Shown: one piece after another, positions 37,268 to 47,400 of the stretch | Layout of the letters: each line of letters starts with the position of its first letter | Numbering within the stretch: the stretch's first letter is position 1 | NCBI GenBank assembly: GCA_910584165.1 | Contig: CAJTZU010000002.1 | Span: 141,811-205,810 of the forward strand | Length of the DNA stretch: 64,000 bases | Source: an uncultured Bacilli bacterium | Lineage (GTDB): Bacteria > Bacillota_I > Bacilli_A > RF39 > UBA660 | Reading direction: 5' to 3' | Notes under the pieces: generated by a model | The model's database searches: none | What the model was told of the DNA's origin: nothing | Seen by the model: only the letters and a program-made list of their open reading frames with translations | Program-made: the position numbers and the translations under genes

Positions 37268-39997
37268 ATGAAAAAAATTGGAATGTGCCTAGCCTTAACG
37301 CTAGGTCTTTTAGTCGGATTTACTGTTAATGCTCAAGCAGTAAGTGCAGCGACTTTAAAGAAAACAGACTCTGGATATTATTATGACAGAGCAAGAGCAG
37401 ATGGAAGTGACCACCATTCTTGGCACTATATGCAATATGAAATGGATGGAGAAGTTTCATACTGTATAGAGCCAAATGTACCAGAGGGAACAATTTACAA
37501 TCCCGGAAGTTGGGAAGCAACAGGACTTCCAAATGAAATAAAAGAAAGATTATTGTTAATTGGCTACTATGGATACACTTATCCGGGACACCAAACACTA
37601 CAATATCGTGCAGCAACACAAGGAATGATATGGGACATTATCATTGGTCACGGAGCAAATACCACTTTCTCAACAGAAAGATGGGGAGCAGGTGCAAGTT
37701 TTGATGTATCAGCAGAGAAAGCAGAAATCAATAGACTTATCGAACACCATTATGATAGACCAAGTTTTGATGGTAGTGTATATAAAGCACAAGTAGGAGA
37801 AACAATTACACTAACAGATACTAACAATGTATTATCACAATATAGTGTAAGCGTTAGTGGTGCTGAATATAGTGTTAATGGAAATACACTAACAATTAAG
37901 CCTACAAGAGATGGAAAGATAGATTTAACTTTAACAAAGAATATGCCTTATGCAAGTGGATATAAGTTATTTGTTGGAAATGAAATTCAAAATATGTTTG
38001 TTCCGGGAACTACTGATCCAGTTATGGCAAGAGTTAGAGTAAATAGTTATACAACACCAGTAGAGGGATATAAGCAAGATGTTGAAACTGGAACTGCACA
38101 GGGACAGGCAACTTTAAAGGGTGCCGAATATGGCGTATATGAAACTGCCACAGGAAGATTAGTAACAACAGTAGTTACTGATGAAAACGGTTATTTCAAA
38201 AGTGACGCAGTATTAGATTGGAACGATTACTATTTACAAGAAATTAAACCAAGTGAGGGTTATGAATTAGACAAAACTCGTTATAATGTAGATGTAAAAG
38301 GAAAAGACTCTGCAAGAGTTGATGTAGTAGAAAAAGTTATTAAAAACTATATTTCTATCTTAAAACAATATGAATATGTAGAGGGAGAAACAAAATTCTT
38401 AAATGCAGAAAAAGGTATTACTTTTGAGATTTATTATCCAAATGGAAATAAATTTGATGAAATAACAACAGATAAAAACGGTTATGCTTCTATCAATTTA
38501 CCTTATGGAGTTTGGAAATTCCATCAAGTAAATACTACAACAGGTTATGAGAAGATTTATGACTTCTATATAACAGTAAGTGAAACAAGTGAAAAAGAAC
38601 AATATTACAATGTATTAAATAATTCTTTGACTGCATATCTACAAGTAATCAAAGTAGATGAAGAAACTGGAAAGACTATCGCTATTGCAGATACTACTTT
38701 CAAAATCTTCAATACAGACACTAATCAATATGTATCACAATTTGTTGGTGGTAAAGTTATTAGTGAATTTAAGACAGATGAAAATGGTATTTTAGTAACA
38801 CCATTAAAATTAGTTGCAGGAAATTACAAACTAATTGAGGTATCTGCACCAAATGGCTACTTAAAAGATAAAAATGGTTTAAAATTTACTATCGGAAATG
38901 ATACACACTATAATTACACAACTTATGGAGCATTTATTACAGTAACTTATAAAAACACTCCAATTAAAGGACAATTAGAAATTCAAAAAACTGGAGAAGA
39001 TTTAGTTATAAAAGATAGCGAATATGTTTATGAAAAGAAAAAATTAAGTGGTGTAACTTTTGAAATCTACGCTGAAGAAGATATTTTATCTGCTGATGGA
39101 AACCATTTATATTACAATAAGGGAGATTTAGTAGATACTATCGTTACAAATGAGAACGGTTATGCTATTACAAAGAAATTGCCACTTGGAAAATACTATC
39201 TAATCGAAGTAAAAACACAAGATGACTATATTCTTGATGGTAATAAGCATTATTTCACTTTAAAACAAGTAGATGATGAAACTCCAGTAGTTTATGAATC
39301 ATATAGTGCTTTAAATTATCTTAAAAAGGCTACTATCGAATTTACTAAAAATGATCTAGTAAATGGAGATGTTATAGCAGACACTATCATTGAAATCTAC
39401 ACAGAAAAAGATGAACTAATCTTTACTGGAAAAACTGATAAAGATGGAAAAATTGTTATTACTGATTTAAAAGTTGGAAAATACTATATTTTAGAAAAAG
39501 AGCCAAGTACAGGCTATGTAATTACTGATGAAAAAGTTTATTTTGAATTAAAAGAAAACGGAGAAATCGTTAAGGCTGAAATGAAAAATAAACCAGTAAC
39601 TGGAACTCTTGAATTTACAAAAACAGATGTAAGTACAGGAGAGCCACTTCCAAATACACTTATTGAAATCTACAATGATAAAGATGAGTTAATCTTTAGT
39701 GGAAGAACAGATGAAAACGGTAAAATCACTATTCCAGAAATTCGCTTTGGAAAATACTATATTTTAGAAAAGGAAGCACCAGAGGGCTATACACTTAATC
39801 CAGAAAGAATGTATTTTGAAATTCTTGAAGATGGAGAAATTGTAAAAGCAACAATGACTGATGAAAAAGTAATCGTTGATGTACCAAGTACAGGAATTAC
39901 TGATTCACACTTTATTGAAATTATTGGAGCATTACTTACTCTAGGTGGAATAGGAGTGATCGTTTATGTTAAAAAGAAAAAATCAAATCAAGAATAA
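37268..39997 (+). CDS. Sortase-anchored surface adhesin with Cna-B-type repeats
   Basis: Signal peptide MKKIGMCLALTLGLLVGFTVNAQA. Three repeats of ...GTLEFTKTD...GE.L.N..IEIY...DELIF.G.TD.(N/D)GKI.I..L..GKYYILEKE.P.GY. The C-terminal sorting signal is VPSTG, then a hydrophobic stretch, then KKKK. Confidence 0.8.
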   Translation: MKKIGMCLALTLGLLVGFTVNAQAVSAATLKKTDSGYYYDRARADGSDHHSWHYMQYEMDGEVSYCIEPNVPEGTIYNPGSWEATGLPNEIKERLLLIGYYGYTYPGHQTLQYRAATQGMIWDIIIGHGANTTFSTERWGAGASFDVSAEKAEINRLIEHHYDRPSFDGSVYKAQVGETITLTDTNNVLSQYSVSVSGAEYSVNGNTLTIKPTRDGKIDLTLTKNMPYASGYKLFVGNEIQNMFVPGTTDPVMARVRVNSYTTPVEGYKQDVETGTAQGQATLKGAEYGVYETATGRLVTTVVTDENGYFKSDAVLDWNDYYLQEIKPSEGYELDKTRYNVDVKGKDSARVDVVEKVIKNYISILKQYEYVEGETKFLNAEKGITFEIYYPNGNKFDEITTDKNGYASINLPYGVWKFHQVNTTTGYEKIYDFYITVSETSEKEQYYNVLNNSLTAYLQVIKVDEETGKTIAIADTTFKIFNTDTNQYVSQFVGGKVISEFKTDENGILVTPLKLVAGNYKLIEVSAPNGYLKDKNGLKFTIGNDTHYNYTTYGAFITVTYKNTPIKGQLEIQKTGEDLVIKDSEYVYEKKKLSGVTFEIYAEEDILSADGNHLYYNKGDLVDTIVTNENGYAITKKLPLGKYYLIEVKTQDDYILDGNKHYFTLKQVDDETPVVYESYSALNYLKKATIEFTKNDLVNGDVIADTIIEIYTEKDELIFTGKTDKDGKIVITDLKVGKYYILEKEPSTGYVITDEKVYFELKENGEIVKAEMKNKPVTGTLEFTKTDVSTGEPLPNTLIEIYNDKDELIFSGRTDENGKITIPEIRFGKYYILEKEAPEGYTLNPERMYFEILEDGEIVKATMTDEKVIVDVPSTGITDSHFIEIIGALLTLGGIGVIVYVKKKKSNQE

Positions 39998-40622
39998 GAA
40001 AGGTAGTAAGAGTCAACTAATTATAGTTGGCTCTTTACTTATCATTCTAGGTATTGGAGTAATTGGTGGTAAGTATTTATATAATTATCTTCAAACAAAA
40101 AATGAAGAACAGTTAATTGATACTTTCTTTGAAGAACAAAAAGAAATAATCGAAGATACCACTCCAGAAACACCAGAAGAAAAAGTAGAAAGTGAAACAC
40201 CACAAACTACTAAAAGTAAAATAGATTATTTTGCAGTAATTAAAATACCTAAAATTGGGTTAGAAAAAGGACTAGCAAATAAAGGCAGTTATTATAACAA
40301 TGTTAATAGAAATATACTTGTTCTTAATGAATCTGATATGCCAGATAAGGATAAAGGAAATATGATACTTGCAGGACACTCTGGAAGTGGAAGAACTGCA
40401 TATTTTAAGAATCTTCATAAATTACAAGCAGATGATGAAGTGAGTATTTTCTATAATGGATACGAGTATAAGTACAAAGTCGTTAATCAATACGATATTG
40501 AAAAAACTGGAACTGCAAACATTGTTAGAAATGCTGAAAAAAGTACCTTAACTTTAATTACTTGCAGACACAATACAAATAAGCAGATTATTTATATTTG
40601 TGAATTAGTAGAGAAAGTTTAG
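39966..40622 (+). CDS. Sortase (class A/B-like transpeptidase)
   Basis: ILAGHSG (catalytic His) and TLTLITC (catalytic Cys). N-terminal TM anchor. Confidence 0.8.
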   Translation: MLKRKNQIKNKKGSKSQLIIVGSLLIILGIGVIGGKYLYNYLQTKNEEQLIDTFFEEQKEIIEDTTPETPEEKVESETPQTTKSKIDYFAVIKIPKIGLEKGLANKGSYYNNVNRNILVLNESDMPDKDKGNMILAGHSGSGRTAYFKNLHKLQADDEVSIFYNGYEYKYKVVNQYDIEKTGTANIVRNAEKSTLTLITCRHNTNKQIIYICELVEKV

Positions 40623-40633
40623 GAGGGATTTAC

Positions 40634-40867
40634 TTGGAAACTAAATATAATTTAAGTCAAATAACAAAGACTTTAGAAAAACTATTTGAAGCCGGATTCA
40701 ATACAGATAAGAAAATCCTTGCTTTAAAATTAGAAGATTTAATGAAAATACCAAATCTTCAAAATAATGAAACTATGATAATTATTGAATTTAAAAATGC
40801 CGTTAAAAATAAGAAAGTAATTGAGTTTTTAAGTGGCTACAAAGAGAAAGGAAAAGATGAAAAATGA
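40634..40867 (+). CDS. Hypothetical small protein
   Basis: TTG start after AGGAGGGA. Confidence 0.45.
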   Translation: METKYNLSQITKTLEKLFEAGFNTDKKILALKLEDLMKIPNLQNNETMIIIEFKNAVKNKKVIEFLSGYKEKGKDEK

Positions 40868-41058
40868 AAACATTTAAAGTAAGAGCAAATATAAACGGTA
40901 GTATGTTTTTTGAAGTAAAAGCAGAAAGTCAAGCAGAAGCACAAAAGCAAGTAGATGATTTACTTTCGGATACTACTGTAAAACAAGCATTAGAAAAATA
41001 TAAAGATAGTATGACTTTAGAAACTAAAATTAACGAAGTAAAAGAAAGAGAAAGATAG
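40864..41058 (+). CDS. Hypothetical small protein (ends KERER*)
   Basis: ORF overlaps the previous stop (ATGA). Confidence 0.45.
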   Translation: MKTFKVRANINGSMFFEVKAESQAEAQKQVDDLLSDTTVKQALEKYKDSMTLETKINEVKERER

Positions 41059-41070
41059 GAGGATTTTAAA

Positions 41071-41409
41071 ATGCCATATCAAAAAAGAATACCACCAGTT
41101 AAGGTGGATTTAAGTATAGAAAAATTTAATTATCTAGTTGAAATGCTAACTAGATATGAAACTACTGATAATGAGCGAATTAAAGAACTTGCTACTAAAC
41201 TGAAAGAAAAATTGTTGAGATACAGTATTCCTCGTGTTACTGAAGAACAAGAAGAATTTGTTGATGTTCGCTTTTATCCAAATGAAGCGTCTGAAATTAT
41301 TTATATGTTAGTTGCTAATGCAGAAGATATACAAATTGAAACTAACTATTATGAAGTGCTTTTAAAGGTTAGAGAAAAGCAAAAAGAAGCAAGTCAAAAT
41401 AATGATTAA
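41071..41409 (+). CDS. Hypothetical protein
   Basis: GGAGGA RBS. Confidence 0.5.
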   Translation: MPYQKRIPPVKVDLSIEKFNYLVEMLTRYETTDNERIKELATKLKEKLLRYSIPRVTEEQEEFVDVRFYPNEASEIIYMLVANAEDIQIETNYYEVLLKVREKQKEASQNND

Positions 41410-41441
41410 AGTAAGCAAATAAAAGATAAGGAGGTGAGAGC

Positions 41442-44400
41442 GTGGCAAATAAATTAAGAAATATAACTGAACTTTATTCTGATACTTTAAAAGATATTAG
41501 CACGAATCCAAATGAATGGTTATCATTTTTAGAGTGTGCTGCAATGAACTATAAATATTCTTTCTCCGATCAAGTTCTTATATATGCACAAAAGCCAAAT
41601 GCAAGTGCTTGTGCAGAGATAGAAACTTGGAACAAGTCATTAAAAAGATGGGTAAATAAAGGAGCAACAGGAATTGCACTTCTTTCCGAAAATAATGGTA
41701 ATACCTATTTAAGGTATGTTTTTGATGTATCAGACACTAATAGTAGGCACGGAAAAAATATTGTTTTGTGGTCTGTTACAAAGCCTTATGAAGAATATGT
41801 CATAGAAGCATTAGAAAATAGATATGGCGAGTTAGAAGATAATTCAAATATCGCTCAAGCAATTATTTCTAGTGCTAATAATATGGTAGAAGATAACTTG
41901 CCAGATTACTTATCAAATTTGATGTACTTCCGTAATAATAGTTTTTTAGAAGAACTAGATGAGTTAAATGTTAGAACTATATACAAAGAGGCATTACAGA
42001 AAAGTGTTGCCTATGTTATGTTAAAGCGTTGTGGTATAAATCCTAACGATTACTTCGATAAAGAAGATTTTAGTATATTACTAAATTTTAATACCTATGA
42101 TACGATTACTAGATTAGGTATAGCGACAAGTGATATTGCAGAATCTGGACTTCGTGAAATTTATAGCACAATTAAAAATGTGCGAATGAGTGAAATTGAT
42201 AAAATTCACACATTTGATAATATAAGTCAAAACAATTATGATATAGATGATGGCAGAAATATTGCCGAAAGGAGTGATTTAGATGAATCAAATAACATAT
42301 CAAACAGTAGGAGATTATCAAATACCAGACCTAGTACCACCACAAGAACAACAAGTAAATGGGAAATACGCATTGATGAGGTTAAGCCACTTGAAGAAGA
42401 ACGACAAAGCCTTATACACGAGCCTACTAATGCAGGGCAAATTACCAGACCACTTGATGGAAATTCAAGCGACAGCCGAGATGAGAGTGGAACAAATGGT
42501 AGAGGAGATGGCGAAGAAAGAGAACATTACAGAGGAAATGAAAGCCAAGAATCCAATGAACTGGATAGGCTTAATGAACAACTTGAAGATGTCAGCAGAG
42601 GAGATAGTAGCGAAAGAACTAATTTACAGTTAGGGATTTATGAAGAAACAAGCGAGGGACATTATATTGTTCCAGATAATAAGATAAATCAAATCCTAGC
42701 ACAAGCCCAATTAAAAGTATCTAATAGTGAAATTAAGAAATACTTTGAAATTGAAAAAGATAGAAGTAAAAGAGCAGACTTTATAAAAAATGCTTATGAT
42801 AATACCTATACAGGAGTTCTTGTAAATGAAGAAATGTATGGATATAAAGCATTTGATAATGGTCTGCTTTTTTGGAAAGGTAATTTTTTAACAAAAGATA
42901 CTGAAATATTAGTTAGTTGGGAAGATTTAACGGATCACTATGATTCAATGATACTTTTACACCAACTTAATGATAGAGTAAAAAGACTTCCATCAGTAAA
43001 AGAGCAAATGTCTTTACTTGATGAAGAAAAAGATTTGCCAGAGTTAGAGTTTTCGCAGGAATTTGTTGATAAATTCTTTCAAGAGTGTCATACTGAAACA
43101 AAGTATAGAATATATCAGCAATTTCAAAGTAGTTTATCTACTACTGAAAATGTCAATTTTTTGAAAGATTTATATGGAATAGGTGGTAGTTCTCATACAA
43201 TTCGTGGCTCTGGAATAGGAGAAGAACACGACTCTAAAGGTATTACTTTATATCGTGGCTATTTTGATGGAAGAAAAGAAACTTTATTAAAATGGAACTA
43301 TGTAGAAAAAAGAATAAAGGAACTAATTAAAATTGATAGATACCTTAATCCTAAAGAGTTACAAGAATATCCTACTTGGCTAGAAAAAGAAAAACAACGC
43401 ATAGAGTTAATGGAACAAGAAAATCAAATTGAAGAAGTTATAGAAACTCCAGAAGATGTTGTTTTTGATTATAGATATAAAGTGGGCGACCAAGTATATA
43501 TTGGTGCAGATAAATTTGAGATAATAGCACTAGATAATGATATTGTTAGATTATATGACTATCAATATCCTTTATTTAATCAAGAATTATCATTTGATGA
43601 GTTTGATAGAAAAGTAAGAGAAAATCCGTGTAATGACCATCTAAAAGTAGAGATAGTTGTTACTGAAGAAAAAAATGATAGTTTTAGTGCAGTAGAATTT
43701 GAAAAACAATTCCCTCATAATATGCGTTTTAAAGAAACTTCTGTAATAGAAAATAATTTATATTGGGTAACGCAAGAATTATTTACAGAAAGTGATCTTT
43801 ATAAGTTTCAAGAAGCATTTAAAAAGACTAATTTTGAGAAAGCGTATGTTACTGTTAGAGATTTAAGTAATTATGTTTTTGAAGATGATTTATCTAAAAA
43901 TGTACTAGCAATAGTTACTAAAGATAGTATAAACTTTACAGGATATGTTGATTCTATAACAGAAGTATTTGGAAATGAAGCAAGTGATTATTTTGCTCAA
44001 AGAGAAGAAATAACACAACCAAACGAATATGGCGAATTTAATGATGAAGTAGATTTAGTAGAGCATATATTATCACTTTATAATATGAGTGACATAGCAG
44101 TCAACTTTAATTCTAATGAGAATATAGTTGCTTATGCAGATGATATGGATTTAGAGGGTATAGAAGTATATGACTTTCTTTTAAATCAATTATTTGAATA
44201 TAACGAAGATGGTACAGTTGATTTAGTTGATAATCACGATTTAGAAAGACTAAAAGAATATCGTAAAAAATACGAAACAAAAGTTGCCGACCAAGAAAAA
44301 TTAGAAGAAGATTTAATTGGTAAAAATATCACCATTGGCGATAGAGAATATATCATTGATAGTATTACTAATGATATAGTATCGCTAAAAGATGTAACTT

Positions 44401-47400
44401 TCCAAAATGGTGTAGGTTTTCCTATTTTCCGTGATGAAGAATTAAGTAATGTATTATCTATACTTGCTGAAAAGAAAGAAGAACAGAAAAAGGAAACAAT
44501 AATACCAAATATCGCTAAAAAGAGAAGAAACAGAGTTACTACTTTTGATACACACCCAGAAATTAAAAATGAAGATAGAAATAACTTCCATATTACTGAT
44601 GATATGTTAGGCGTTGGTAGTGATCGTGAAAAATTTAATCGTAATGTTGCAGCAATTAAAGTCTTAAAGAAATGTGAAGAAGAAAATCGATTTGCTACTC
44701 CAGAAGAACAAAAGGTATTATCACAATATATCGGTTGGGGTGGTTTATCACAAGCCTTTGAAGAAACAAGTTCGTGGGCTAATGAGCATTTAGAACTAAA
44801 AAATATTCTTGATGAAGAAGAATATAGGTCTGCTATTGAATCTACAAGAACATCATTCTATACTCCTCCAGTAGTCATTCGTACAATGTATAAAGCATTA
44901 GAAAGTATGGGAATGAGAGATGGTAATATACTAGAGCCTAGTTGCGGTGTAGGGAACTTCTTAGGTATGATACCAGATACTTTAAAAGACTGTAAGTTGT
45001 ATGGTATAGAAGTCGATTCAATAAGTGGTAGAATTGCTAGACAACTATATCAAAAGAGTTCTATTGCAGTACAGGGTTATGAAAATACAGAACTTCCAGA
45101 TTCTTTCTTTGATGGTGCTATTGGTAATGTTCCATTTGATAGTCTTAAATTATTAGATAAGAGATATGATAAGCATAATTTCTTAATTCACGACTACTTC
45201 TTTGCAAAAACTCTTGATAAAGTAAGACCGGGTGGAATTGTTGCTTTCATAACAAGTAAAGGTACTTTAGATAAAGAAAATCCAAGTGTTAGAAAGTATA
45301 TTGCACAAAGAGCCGACTTGTTAGGAGCAATAAGACTTCCGAATAATACCTTTAAAGACAATGCAGGAACGAAAGTTACTTCTGATATTATCTTCTTACA
45401 AAAACGAGATTCAATAACTGATATAGAGCCAGACTGGGTTTATTTAGATACTGATGAAAATGGTATTAAAATGAATAGATATTTTATTGATAACCCAGAT
45501 ATGATATGTGGCAATATGAAAATGGAATCTACGAGATTTGGTATGGACTCTACTTGTGAAGCAAGAGAGGATATATCACTAGAAGAACAACTTAACAATG
45601 CTATTTCAAATATACACGCTGAAATAAAAGAATATGAGATAGATGATATAGGAGAAGATGAAGAAGATTTATCTATTCCTGCTGATTATAATGTTAAGAA
45701 CTTCTCATATACCATTGTTGATAATAAAATCTATTATCGTGAGAATAGTAGAATGTATCCACAAGAATTACCACTTACTACTGAAAATCGTATTAAAGGC
45801 TTAATTGAAATACGAGAGTGTGTAAGAAATCTATTGGAACTACAAACAGAGGACTTTCCAGATGAAGATATAAAACAAGAACAAGTAAAACTTAATAAAC
45901 TGTATGATAGTTTTACAAAAAAATATGGACTTATCAATAGCAGAGCGAATACCTCTGCTTTTTCTAATGATAACAGTTTTTATTTATTATGTTCTTTAGA
46001 GATACTAGATGAAAACAAAGAACTTCTTAAAAAAGCAGATATGTTTACCAAAAGAACAATACTTCCCCATAAGGAAGTAACGAGTGTAGATACTGCCAAT
46101 GAAGCCTTAATTATTTCAATATCTGAAAAGGCTAGAGTTGATTTAGAGTTTATGCAGAAACTATGTGGGCTTGATATGGACAAAATGCTAACTGACCTAG
46201 AGGGTGTTATTTTCAATGTACCAGAATATGGAGATCCTAATATATGGGTAACTGCTGATGAATATTTATCTGGTAATATTCGTGAAAAATTAAAGATAGC
46301 GAAAGAGTTTGCAGAAGATGACCATAGATTCAATATCAATGTAAAATGTCTTGAAGAAGTAATGCCAAAAGATTTAGAGCCACAAGAAATAAGTGTTAGA
46401 CTTGGTGCAACTTGGCTTCCAACAGATGTTATAGATGATTTTATAGATTATCTATTATCGCCATCTAATAGCATTAAAGACAGTATAAAAGTGCATTTTA
46501 TGGAGAGTACAGCCCAATGGAATGTCGAGGGTAAAAACTATGATAGAAGAAATGTAAAAGCATATTCTACTTATGGAACAGGAAGAATCAATGCTTATAA
46601 AATAATAGAAGAAACACTTAATTTAAAAGATGTTAGAATATATGACTATATCGAAAAAGATGGTAAAAAAGTACCAGAGTTAAATAAAAAAGAAACTGCT
46701 ATTGCACAGGCAAAACAAGAGCAAATTAAAACTGCTTTTGATGAGTGGATATGGAGTGATATAGACCGTAGGGAAAGATTAAGTAAAATCTATAACGAGA
46801 AATTTAATTCTAATAGACCTCGTGAGTATGATGGCTCTCATATCAATTTTCACGGTATGAATCCAGAAATAACTTTACGACCACACCAAGTAAATGCAAT
46901 AGCAAGAATACTTTATGGAAATTCAAATACTTTGTTAGCACACGAAGTAGGAGCAGGTAAAACTTTTGAAATGGTCGCTGCTGCAATGGAATCTAAAAGA
47001 TTAGGGCTATGTAATAAAAGTATGTTTGTAGTGCCGAATCACATTGTAGAACAATTTAGTTCGGAGTTCTTGCAACTTTACCCAAGTGCTAATATTCTCG
47101 TTACCACGAAGAAAGATTTTGAAACGGCAAATCGTAAAAAGTTCTGTTCTCGAATAGCGACTGGAGATTATGATGCAGTAATTATTTCTCATAGTCAATT
47201 TGAAAAGATACCAATGTCTGCTGAAAGACAAAGAACTATCTTACAAAATCAAATTGATGATATAAGTATGGGAGTACAAGATTTAAAAGACCATAATGGC
47301 GAGAATTTTACTATAAAACAATTAGTAAGATTACAAAAAAGCCTTGAAGCAAAATTAGCAAAGTTAAATGATACAAGCCGAAAAGATGATGTTGTAACTT

